Shown here: piece by piece, positions 35,566 through 44,746 of the stretch
Layout of the letters: every line of letters starts with the position of its first letter
Position numbering within the stretch: the stretch's first letter is position 1
From: a virus
Virus record (IMG/VR): IMGVR_UViG_3300012685_000001
Location: 32,001-96,000 of that record
Length of the DNA stretch: 64,000 nt
Direction: 5' to 3' (one strand)
Position numbers and translations under genes: made by a program
The notes under the pieces: model-generated
Seen by the model: the letters and a program-made list of their open reading frames with translations, nothing else
Told to the model about the DNA's origin: nothing
Database searches by the model: none

Positions 35566-35868
35566 ATGAACATCGTTTACCAGAACAAGGTGGACCACGC
35601 GTCCACTGAGTGGGTAGCATATGATGTGGATGACTTTCACATGGATGGAACTGTCATCTCGGATGCAAGTGCTCAGGCCATTGCAGCATGGTGGCACTCA
35701 CCTGGCTCCCCGCTTTCAACCGTTCTCAGTACCATGGGCGCAGTCACGGAGGATATGCACATTCACGATTTTGCTTCTCCACGTGAGTATGCAGATTCAG
35801 ACTTCAACGATAAGCTTGTGTTGAATGCTCTAGAGGCCTATATTGAGACGAAGCAGGGAAAGAGGTAG
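35566..35868 (+). CDS. Hypothetical acidic protein
   Basis: GAGG SD; 'ISDA.AQAIAAWWHSP'. Confidence 0.6.
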   Translation: MNIVYQNKVDHASTEWVAYDVDDFHMDGTVISDASAQAIAAWWHSPGSPLSTVLSTMGAVTEDMHIHDFASPREYADSDFNDKLVLNALEAYIETKQGKR

Positions 35869-36656
35869 ACATGTCCAGGAAGTACAGTGACAAAGAGGTT
35901 GCGGAAGTTCTCTTGCAACTTCTTGAGAATGCTGGTAACAGTGCCGAATATCCGTACTCTGGTGTAGACCAGGTGGAATATGTCGGCCAAGGTCAGTACA
36001 CTGTGCAGTTGTTCAAGGACGATCTTCATGCAGCGGCAGAATAACTGCTAGTGGGATTGCATCTGGCCAAGACATGTGCTTGACTAGGTGTTGTCTTCCT
36101 AACCAGGAAGCAAAACAGGAGGTAATACCATGACTGTTCAGCTGCACAATCGCTGGGGAATCGTTGTTGGCGCGCGTAAGGACGAGTCTCGCTGTGTGCT
36201 CTGGAGTGACGACACTTTCGAGTGGTTTGACTCTGGCCAGTTCGCTTGCCTCTTCTCCAACTGAGGGATCATAATGATTGTTCGTCTGCTTCTTCTGCCC
36301 TTCTTCCTGGCATTTCTGCTCAGTTATGCTGTAATTGCCCTGGTAGTAGGAGGGTTCACCTGGATGTTTACAGGTGAACCGTATCACGTAGTTCTTTCCT
36401 ACAAAGGCTGAGCCGTAGTTGACTGAGCTTTCTGCATAAGAATACGTAAACCTTGTGGGTTTATAGCTTATGCAGATTACTCCACCAACTAAGGGAGAAA
36501 ATCAAGTGAACTGGTGGCAAGCGCTTATAGCGACATTCGGGTCATTCGGTTTTGCTGCGGCATTTGTAATATGGGCAGTATGGGTGACGCGAGACAGGTT
36601 CTAGATGCATTGCATCCTATGCACGATGTGTGTAGGGTGTTGTCCACCTAGAGACA

Positions 36657-37070
36657 ATGGGAGAAACAGTGATTGAGCTTACTACGGAAAACGTTCTCGA
36701 TGCCCTTGAAAAGGCTGTTGAGGAAAAGGGTGAGAGTTTCGTTTACTCCAATCAGGATGGCGTCTCTTCTCGCAATAAATTCGGTAGTTCTTCCGGAATC
36801 ATGTGTCACTACGTGCACTGGAATGACCGTACGCCCGTCTCGGGATGCATTGCGGGAAATGTTCTGCATCGTCTTGGTGTGTCTCTTGACACTCTGTCAG
36901 AGCATGAGAAGCGGCCGATTCGCTCCGTGCTTGAGGATTTTGAAGACGAGGGCATTGTGACGTTTGAGGATGGCTATAAGGTCACAATGATGCTGTCCCA
37001 CGCTCAGGGTGCACAGGATGGCGGCAAGACTTGGGGTGACGCGCTCAAGGCCGCAAAGAACATGATCTGA
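36657..37070 (+). CDS. Paralog family A member 1
   Basis: 'AVEEKGESFVY...C.Y...C..G.VL..LGV...Q..QD...TWG'. Confidence 0.7.
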   Translation: MGETVIELTTENVLDALEKAVEEKGESFVYSNQDGVSSRNKFGSSSGIMCHYVHWNDRTPVSGCIAGNVLHRLGVSLDTLSEHEKRPIRSVLEDFEDEGIVTFEDGYKVTMMLSHAQGAQDGGKTWGDALKAAKNMI

Positions 37071-37156
37071 GTGGTTGACTTGCATGGAGCTTAGACAAGT
37101 ACTAAGCTCTGTGTTGTTCACCTAGTCAGTGGTGACCAGACCAACAGGAGTAGAAA

Positions 37157-37528
37157 ATGTATCTGAGTGCTTTCGTCAAGGATGAGAACCTCACTGTTCA
37201 CTCTTCCCAGTGCTCTCATGTGCTCCGCGAATGGCGTAAGTACGGTCTGCCAGTCGTGACGATGGCTGAGTCTGAGATGGGACTCACACGTCAGCTCAAG
37301 GCCTTGAACATCAGGGTTCACAGTATCCGTGTAATGCCGTGTGCTGGACTGCCTGAGGGATTCTGGAGTCGTACCCCCGCTGGTACTCCCCTGAAGCTTC
37401 TCAGTACCCGTGAAGGTGCTCAGCGAGCCACTCAGCGGGTTAAGCGTGAGATCGCTCTGGAATGGGCTGCAAGGATCAATGACATGTCTCCGATGCTTCG
37501 TGAACTCATGGGCATGCCTCAGCAGTAA
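37157..37528 (+). CDS. Hypothetical protein (H...C...RVMPC motif)
   Basis: AGGAG SD; preceded by TTGCAT-17-TAAGCT. Confidence 0.65.
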   Translation: MYLSAFVKDENLTVHSSQCSHVLREWRKYGLPVVTMAESEMGLTRQLKALNIRVHSIRVMPCAGLPEGFWSRTPAGTPLKLLSTREGAQRATQRVKREIALEWAARINDMSPMLRELMGMPQQ

Positions 37529-37791
37529 AGGAGCAATACAATGACGCACAAGAATAGCCGGAAGAAGACTGGTCAGAAGAATGGTTTCAAGATTCTTCGC
37601 AATAAAACCACCTCGCGAGTGAGTAAGCGTGGTAATGGCTACGAGGATATCGATGAACGCTTTGTCGACTTCTCTCGGATAAGGAATGTTTCTCCCGATT
37701 ACTTCTAGACGGCTTTACTCATTCTTGGGTTGAATCCCGAGAGTGGGTATGGCAGGCTAGAGCTTGTCAGACAGAAACGAAGGGGCACAAA

Positions 37792-38067
37792 ATGACTGAG
37801 CTTGAGCTGATGGTAGCTATTGCCAACGATCCTCGTGTAGTCCAGTATCGCAAGGCTGTACAGATCATGGACCGGAAGATGGTGTCTGTCTACGGTCCTG
37901 ACTATGCGTGTGCGCCGCTCAAGGAGTCTTCTAAGGACAGTCGGCGTCGTGAGTCTCCTGTTGGTCATACTCTGATGACTGACGCTGATTGGGCACGGTT
38001 CGAAAGCCTTCTTCGTGGTGCTGCTCTCATCCGTCAGAGTGTGCGTGAAAGCCTTATGGAGGCATAA
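37792..38067 (+). CDS. Hypothetical protein
   Basis: ORF track; SD. Confidence 0.6.
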   Translation: MTELELMVAIANDPRVVQYRKAVQIMDRKMVSVYGPDYACAPLKESSKDSRRRESPVGHTLMTDADWARFESLLRGAALIRQSVRESLMEA

Positions 38068-38265
38068 ATGTTTGAGCTGAAAGTTCAGTACGAGAACGGC
38101 GGAAAGTCCTACCTTCCCGGACTCACCAGCGATTCCGTTCAATCAGTCACAAAAGCTTTCCACAGCCGAAAGCCAGTAGTTATTACTGATGACTATGGAG
38201 ACTCTGTGGGAGTGGACATGTCCAAGGTAATTTACTTTACTATCTTCGCAAAGAAGGAGATTTAA
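38068..38265 (+). CDS. Hypothetical protein
   Basis: ORF track; GGAGG SD. Confidence 0.6.
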   Translation: MFELKVQYENGGKSYLPGLTSDSVQSVTKAFHSRKPVVITDDYGDSVGVDMSKVIYFTIFAKKEI

Positions 38266-38269
38266 TTCA

Positions 38270-38854
38270 ATGCTGGTTCTTAAGAAGGAAGACGACGCGG
38301 CTGATCTCGATGGAGTCACTCACTTCTCTGTGGGTGTTTCCTGGGACACTACTGCTGGAAGCTCTGGTGGCCTACTGGGCAAGCTGCGACAGAAGGTTGG
38401 GACTGATCTCGACCTGATTGCCGTTGCCTGTCAGGATGGCGATCCTGTTCGTCTTGCTGGTCTGGATTCTCTCGACCCGTTCGGTAATGGTTCTCTGATC
38501 CATTCTGGTGATAATCAATCGGGTAAGGGTGAGGGGGACGATGAGCTTGTCACTATCGACTTTGCCCGAGTTCCTTCGAATGTGGATTCCATCGTCTTTG
38601 TCGGTGCTGCCTATAAGAAGTACAGTTCTTTTGAGAATGCGAAGAACATTTCTCTCAAGGTTTATGACGCTTCGGGTGGTTCTTCTACTCAGGTTGCCGA
38701 TATTTGGCCGAGCCTACTTGCTATGGGTAATGCTATTCGGATTGCTAAGGCTTTCCGAGTTGGCAATTCATGGCAGTTCAAGGTTCTTGACCAGCGCGGA
38801 CCAGTTGAGCAGGGCAACGAGAAGTCCCTCTTGCGCTTCGCCGTTGGCACCTGA
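38270..38854 (+). CDS. terD: TerD-family protein
   Basis: VG.SWD, DLDL.A, HSGDN.SG.G.GDDE, F..VP. Confidence 0.85.
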   Translation: MLVLKKEDDAADLDGVTHFSVGVSWDTTAGSSGGLLGKLRQKVGTDLDLIAVACQDGDPVRLAGLDSLDPFGNGSLIHSGDNQSGKGEGDDELVTIDFARVPSNVDSIVFVGAAYKKYSSFENAKNISLKVYDASGGSSTQVADIWPSLLAMGNAIRIAKAFRVGNSWQFKVLDQRGPVEQGNEKSLLRFAVGT

Positions 38855-38900
38855 TAGTCTTCCTACATCGCACCACAGACACAGAGAAAAGGGTTAGAAC

Positions 38901-39143
38901 ATGATCACTCTTCCCAGCATTCAGGCTCCGATCAATAACATCGTTTCTCCTCTACGTCCTCTTGTCCGTCCGGATCATCACGTGGCTGTTCGCAGGTCTC
39001 CCAAGGGAGATAAGGTGGTTTTCGGATTCATCCTGCCACTGTCAAAGAAGGCTGCAATGCAGTACGTCAAGTCAACAGGTCACATTGGGGATTACCGAGT
39101 GATTCAGCGCAAGACTGCAACGCGTGAAGGACTTTTCAGCTAG
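38901..39143 (+). CDS. Hypothetical protein
   Basis: ORF track. Confidence 0.55.
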   Translation: MITLPSIQAPINNIVSPLRPLVRPDHHVAVRRSPKGDKVVFGFILPLSKKAAMQYVKSTGHIGDYRVIQRKTATREGLFS

Positions 39144-39491
39144 TAGCTTTTACTCGTAACTCTCTTGTATAAGACCCAAGAGAGTTGCGGGTATGAATTA
39201 CTAGAAGGGAATAGAAATGCTGAAAAGAATAGGCAAGGGAATAGCCCTTCTTATAGGAATTCCTTTCTTCTTTATTCTCGCGCTTACTACTGTCGTCGGA
39301 TTGTTCTGGATAGGAAGTAATCTCTGATGATTGTCGGATTCTGTGTAGGGTTCACTATCTATGTCCTGTTTCACATGTTCATTCCATGGGTGAAAAAGTT
39401 CTTGAAGTAGTGAGTTTTAATCGATATCTGGAAATAGATATCGGTTATGATTCCCTAACTGCGGAATTATTTCTAAGAGAAAGTAATAACC

Positions 39492-39848
39492 GTGATTACT
39501 ATTACTCTTGATGACGCTGTCAAGCACCTTAAGGCCGTTGTTGAGGAAAAGGGTGAGAGTTTCGTCTATCATCCAGTAGGCAGTATTCACTGTACATATG
39601 TACAGAACGGTAAGCCTGATTGCGGTGTTGGTCATGTCCTTGACCGTATGGGCGTTGATCTGGTAAAGAACTTTGAGGACAAGAGCGCCAACAGCACCGC
39701 TATTCGTTATCTGCCTGTCTCTTCCCTGGTAGAGCCTTTCGAACTCCATGAGGACGCCAGTAAGTTTCTTCAGAATTTCCAGTCATGTCAGGATCAGCAT
39801 ATGACTTGGGGCGACTCTCTGAATGATGCCCTGTCCCAGTTGAACTAG
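39492..39848 (+). CDS. Paralog family A member 2
   Basis: Shares the nucleotide block GTTGAGGAAAAGGGTGAGAGTTTCGT with 36657-37070. Confidence 0.7.
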   Translation: MITITLDDAVKHLKAVVEEKGESFVYHPVGSIHCTYVQNGKPDCGVGHVLDRMGVDLVKNFEDKSANSTAIRYLPVSSLVEPFELHEDASKFLQNFQSCQDQHMTWGDSLNDALSQLN

Positions 39849-39852
39849 TGGC

Positions 39853-39882
39853 TTGACAGGATGGTGGACATCGCGCTACTGT
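39853..39882 (+). promoter_or_regulatory. Early promoter
   Basis: TTGACA-18-TACTGT. Confidence 0.65.
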
Positions 39883-39929
39883 CCTCTCAGGTTCCTAACC
39901 AAGAGGGAACCGCACAAGGAGGAAACACA

Positions 39930-40793
39930 ATGGCTTCACGTAAGACCAGCACCGAGACTGTCAGCCCTGTTGAGGCTTTCGTAGCTCTCCAGACGTTCGA
40001 AGCTACTGAGGCCGATCCGGTTTCGAACGGTGACCTTGCCGATGATCAGAAGTGGGATCACACCGCCACATTCAAGGCCATGGAGATCCTTGCGGATGCC
40101 GAATTGGTCGACTCGCATGGTCGCGGTCTGACTACTGAATGGTTCATCATTGCTCCTGATGTCACGGCTGAGAATGCCGAGAACGTCGCTCAGGAGGCTC
40201 TTAAGGACTTCACTCCGCCCAAGCCTGTCAAGGCTACCAAGGCCCAGCAGAACAAGGCTGAGAAGGATGCCGAAGCTCGTGAGCGTCTGGAATACGCTAC
40301 GCGTGCTGCTGAGTCTCAGGATGGTGTAATGAGCCAGGCACAGCATGAGTGGAGTACTGAGGCTCTCAAGGATCTTGACACCATGGCAAAGGGTGAGCCT
40401 CCCGTCATCATTCAGGATGTTCCGCCACTGACTGACAAGGTGGACACAACGTCTTTCAGTCTCTCTGTGGATGCCCCTAAGACTGATATTGCGATTCGGG
40501 CTTTGGCTGACAAGTTGAAGAGCCTGACTCTGCCTGACAAGGGGCTTGACCAGTTCGTTGACTCTGAGACTGGCGACATGGTGTATGAGAGTGCCATTGA
40601 GAAGAATGGCCTTAAGCTCGATGAGCCTGACAGTGTTCCTGAGGTTCCGGCTGGTGTGAATGCGAATGTTTGGGACTTGGCTCATACGGCCATTACTCAG
40701 ACTGCGCGGGATTACTGGTTGCGTGCGGCTGCGGCCGATGCTCTGTTGTATGAGGAGAACAAGGGTGTTGTCGTTCTGGGTGCTCCGCTTTAA
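39930..40793 (+). CDS. Acidic early protein
   Basis: AAGGAGG SD; host-like codon usage. Confidence 0.7.
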   Translation: MASRKTSTETVSPVEAFVALQTFEATEADPVSNGDLADDQKWDHTATFKAMEILADAELVDSHGRGLTTEWFIIAPDVTAENAENVAQEALKDFTPPKPVKATKAQQNKAEKDAEARERLEYATRAAESQDGVMSQAQHEWSTEALKDLDTMAKGEPPVIIQDVPPLTDKVDTTSFSLSVDAPKTDIAIRALADKLKSLTLPDKGLDQFVDSETGDMVYESAIEKNGLKLDEPDSVPEVPAGVNANVWDLAHTAITQTARDYWLRAAAADALLYEENKGVVVLGAPL

Positions 40794-40865
40794 TTAGCAG
40801 GCTTTAGGGATTCCTCAAGAAATTGGGGAGTCTCTATGGCTTTCTAATAGGAAAGGAAAAGCCAA

Positions 40866-41069
40866 ATGAAGTGTGCTCGATGCTTTCAGCCGATTCTAGC
40901 GGGCGAAGATGCTGTAAGTGATCCGTGTTGCGATGCTCCTGACTGTGAGAACTCGTTGGACTGGAGTCATTACGCCTGTCTTCCTCTCAGTCTTCAGATC
41001 ATTGAGGATGATTTTCAGAATTACGATCCTTATGGTCTTGAAGATTACGACGATTACCCAGAAGACTAG
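40866..41069 (+). CDS. Small zinc-binding acidic protein
   Basis: CARC...H..C; D/E tail. Confidence 0.55.
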   Translation: MKCARCFQPILAGEDAVSDPCCDAPDCENSLDWSHYACLPLSLQIIEDDFQNYDPYGLEDYDDYPED

Positions 41070-41085
41070 CAGGTAAGCAAATACG

Positions 41086-41117
41086 AGAACCCCGTAACCA
41101 ATTGGTTACGGGGTTCT
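41086..41117. terminator. Terminator between convergent early operons
   Basis: Near-perfect palindrome AGAACCCCGTAACCAATTGGTTACGGGGTTCT. Confidence 0.7.
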
Positions 41118-42061
41118 TTGCTGTACTCCTAAAAGCTTTGAGGGGCTCTCTAACAAGATCGGTTGGACAGGGTGGTCTCTGTGTCCACTGAGGAACTGGA
41201 AGGCTCTTAGAAGAGCGTATAGGGGCCTTACTTGGCCGCTCCGTGCTGGAACTCGTGAGTGTGGATGGCTATCGCCTGAATCTGCTTTCGTGCTGTCTCC
41301 TTGGACTGAGGATGCTTGCTGAATGTCTTGGAGGTTCCTTTATGAGCGGCCTTGTATCCACCCTTTACTTTACGAACTTCGTACGGCACTGGCCTACTCC
41401 TTACTGGCTAGGCACGTAGAGGACTCTGAGGGGGCCGTAGAAACGTTGACAGACGGCTTAGGTGTGGAAGTGCCACTGTCACTCTTGAAGGCTGTCACAG
41501 AGACAGCTACGCCTGTTGTCAGCAGAGCTGAAAGAGCGACGTGTGTGCATGTTTTCTTGGTCCATAATTTGATATGGGATTGGTCAATCATGAATTCTCC
41601 TGAAATAGAAATAGCTATGCCCTCCAATTCTATAAGAATCAGAGGGCATAGCTGTAATTCAGTCACAACGAACGCAGTAACCTTGCTCGTCTAGTTTCTT
41701 GATATGGAATTTTCGATAGAACTTAAGAAGAATACGAAGAGCCATCTCGCTCCTCTTCAACAGGTTGCCAGTCCCACTCATTGTAGGTAATGGACACCTT
41801 GGAATCGTAATCCAGAGTAAGCCACTTCTTGTCCCCAACGAACATAGCCTGAACAGAATAATCCCCAGCAACAAAGACAGCGTCACTCAGCGCGGTAAAA
41901 TTACGCCCCAACGCATCCGTAACATCGTCACCGACACGGATCTCAGAAGGAGACTGGTCATTGTATGTAACCATGAAGGTTGTGCCTTTCTCAGTAAAGC
42001 AGACTGACCGTTTAGCCAATCATAACCGCTCCCCAATTTCTTGGGAAACGATTAAAACTGT

Positions 42062-42616
42062 CTATCCGAAGAAATAAAGATTTCCCGCGAAGGCTACAAC
42101 AGAAGAACTTTCCTGCTCAGCAATTTCCTTGAGCGTCTCTTCCCAGTCAATTACCATCCAACTGGGGAATGTTTCAGTCTCCACGTAATCCGACTCATAG
42201 TAACTCTTGGAGTTTTCCCGATAAATCTTGTGGAAAACCTCAACCCACTCACGAACAATCTGCTCATGAGTCATACCCTCAATATAGATATGCTCGTGCC
42301 AGCTGTCCACATCAGCACAGTCATTCTCCTGAATGAAAGCGCAGATGACACCAGCTTGCTGAATATCGTTGCAGAGCGTTTCGAACAGAAGAACCAGATT
42401 GGAAATATGTCCAATCTTGTGCCACATTTCCTCAATGAAATCATATCCGTCAATGAAGACAGAGACAATCTCATAACCTCGGTCATCGCAGGCATTCAGC
42501 ACATTGAGGAGAGTATCACTGTTGTGTCCGTCCTCCACAGTAATCTCATGGAAGTACCCGCCATTTTCCGTGACATCCTTCGCAACGGTAATAGTCATGC
42601 TGCGGAACTCAGACAT
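42062..42616 (-). CDS. ArdA-like antirestriction protein
   Basis: Very acidic, 184 aa; C-terminal 'P.W..IDWE.T...I......F.G..YFF'. Confidence 0.55.
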   Translation of the reverse strand: MSEFRSMTITVAKDVTENGGYFHEITVEDGHNSDTLLNVLNACDDRGYEIVSVFIDGYDFIEEMWHKIGHISNLVLLFETLCNDIQQAGVICAFIQENDCADVDSWHEHIYIEGMTHEQIVREWVEVFHKIYRENSKSYYESDYVETETFPSWMVIDWEETLKEIAEQESSSVVAFAGNLYFFG

Positions 42617-42692
42617 AATATGCCTTTCATCGCTTCCCAGATTTAGGAAGACACAGAGACTCTCCCATCTCTGGGATAATCCCTGAATCCTA

Positions 42693-43109
42693 CTAATTCT
42701 CTTCTTGCCACACCATGTGATTGAGCCACGCCATTATAACGTACATGGTTGTTGCGTCGATCGTCCAGTCAGGGTTACCACCCGAAAGCTCAAGGTCATA
42801 ACCCTTCTGACGTTCCATCAGAGTCTCACGGTTGCAGTCAGAGACAAACTGCCCATACTGGGTGTGACCTTCGAACCTGCGGTCATAGAACGCTACCACA
42901 GGAGTCTCTGAGTAGTCACCGTACAGGTACTCTCGGTACCCGTATACTACAGTGAACTTGACGCCACGTGTCGTAGGGATGGTAAAGAACTCATCCATTT
43001 GGACAGTGCTGCAAGTATCGCGGTCACAACCAACAAGCCTACAGGGCTTTGATGCGACCAGTCTACAACGTTCAACACTCATGATCCTTGCCTCTCTAGC
43101 GGACATCAC
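42693..43109 (-). CDS. Hypothetical protein
   Basis: 'P.V.FYD.RF....YGQFVS...ETL......L.L.GG.PDWTID'. Confidence 0.6.
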   Translation of the reverse strand: MMSAREARIMSVERCRLVASKPCRLVGCDRDTCSTVQMDEFFTIPTTRGVKFTVVYGYREYLYGDYSETPVVAFYDRRFEGHTQYGQFVSDCNRETLMERQKGYDLELSGGNPDWTIDATTMYVIMAWLNHMVWQEEN

Positions 43110-43416
43110 CGACTAGGTACAAGACCTAGACGATAAAGAGCACTAGGGAAGATAGGAAAAACGGACTAGGCAACTATTACCGTTGTCCATGCTGAATTGG
43201 AATCCCTGAGAATGAAATTCATGTGCCCAGTTGTGCAACGCGCATTCCATGAACTCCTGAGAAGCGGTACAAGCCAAATTCTCTTCCAGGGCTCGAAACA
43301 CGCTTTCCGGGGTATCTCCTGACAAGTATGTATCAGGGTATTCGACACCATCAGCGTCAATGTCCATGATCAGAATCTGTGGCACTCTCTGTCCCTTCAC
43401 TGTTCCGATGAGTAGA

Positions 43417-43445
43417 ACTCTAGGCGGACTGAGCCAGGCTGTCAA
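43417..43445 (-). promoter_or_regulatory. Leftward early promoter
   Basis: TTGACA-17-TAGAGT. Confidence 0.75.
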
Positions 43446-43986
43446 CACAGCACGTCAGAATCCTCTGAGAGGCTCAGGGAGACACAGCGGCACTCGGATG
43501 CTAGTCTCCTCCCACAATGCGTCAGACAGGCGCACAGACGTTCCTAGTGGCTATGACAGAGCTTCACAGAAGGGGTTGCACGACATAGCCGAGTGTGGTT
43601 TGATAGAGATATCGAACGGAGCGCTTGCGCTCTAAGGCCCATGGCTGGGGCATCTCATCAGCCACCTATGGATTCAAACCAGAGCTGCCAAAAAATAATT
43701 GCCCTGAAATGTCGGAAATAGGAGATATCAGCCATATGAGAGATATTGTGAAGGATGCCGCTATCATCGCGGTTGTGAAGCACCTCCAGAACGACAATAG
43801 CGCATGGATGAGTGTGGGAACTTTCGTTGAGACTTATTCAGGTAGTAAGGAAGCTGCTCAGGAGGAAATGAGATCGACATTGGCCTTCTACAATCTGACA
43901 AAGTACGAGTTTGTCAAGCGGGCCTGGAGCAATGAAGGTGACTACGAATTGATTTGGAATGATGATTACGAGCAGTAAAAGCATAT

Positions 43987-44029
43987 AGAAATGCCCCCGA
44001 ATTCCACTTAGGTTTTCGGGGGCATTTCT
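43987..44029. terminator. Bidirectional terminator at the right edge of the early region
   Basis: AGAAATGCCCCCGAA...TTCGGGGGCATTTCT. Confidence 0.75.
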
Positions 44030-44062
44030 GTTTAGATTATATTAAGAATTCCGATTGGGTTT

Positions 44063-44335
44063 TCAGGGTAATAACTGATCCCAGTCCATGTCTTTTACTG
44101 AATGACGAGCAGCATGCAAAGCTTCAAGGAACAGATGGAGATATTCAAGTTCTTCTCCAGCAATAACAATATCAGTCATATGATTCGGTTCGTCAATAGT
44201 AATACCGATTCTGTCCAGATCATAGGCAGAAAGAACAAGTCCTGAATCAAATTCTGCTACAAGTCCTTCCCCATGCAATAAGTCATCAACCATTGAATCG
44301 AATACATCTAATCCCTCAGACAACGCCATCACCAT
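44063..44335 (-). CDS. Hypothetical acidic protein
   Basis: ORF track. Confidence 0.5.
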   Translation of the reverse strand: MVMALSEGLDVFDSMVDDLLHGEGLVAEFDSGLVLSAYDLDRIGITIDEPNHMTDIVIAGEELEYLHLFLEALHAARHSVKDMDWDQLLP

Positions 44336-44498
44336 AACAATTCATACAATCCACATCCTCATATCGATCAAGACCTGTTCCAAAACATGCAGAACATTTT
44401 GTTGCCTCTTCACCCAATTCTCCTAAATATTGGAGTTCAAAGGTTTCAGCAACAAAATCAAGTTCAGTGTCATAGTCTAATTCTTCAGTTTCAGTCAT
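44316..44498 (-). CDS. Small DnaJ-type zinc-finger protein
   Basis: CSACFGTG and CMNCYGDG (CxxCxGxG). Confidence 0.6.
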   Translation of the reverse strand: MTETEELDYDTELDFVAETFELQYLGELGEEATKCSACFGTGLDRYEDVDCMNCYGDGVV

Positions 44499-44517
44499 TT
44501 GGTAGTTACTACTGTCC

Positions 44518-44736
44518 TTAAGGTATATAGGTAAGAAGTATAGTTTCTTTACTCCTCTGAATCTTCAGAGGAGTTCTCATTGAAGATGAAAGCCACATAT
44601 TCAGAGTTGTTTCAATTGACTTGTCACTGAACATCTTCTTGAACTGCTGGGCAACTGTACGTATAGCTTCAGACTTGTCTTCTACAGGTATCTGAATAAC
44701 TTGACCCTTATTGGGGGTAACAACCACAGTTGGCAT
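44518..44736 (-). CDS. Hypothetical protein
   Basis: ORF track; SD. Confidence 0.55.
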   Translation of the reverse strand: MPTVVVTPNKGQVIQIPVEDKSEAIRTVAQQFKKMFSDKSIETTLNMWLSSSMRTPLKIQRSKETILLTYIP

Positions 44737-44746
44737 AATTAATCCT

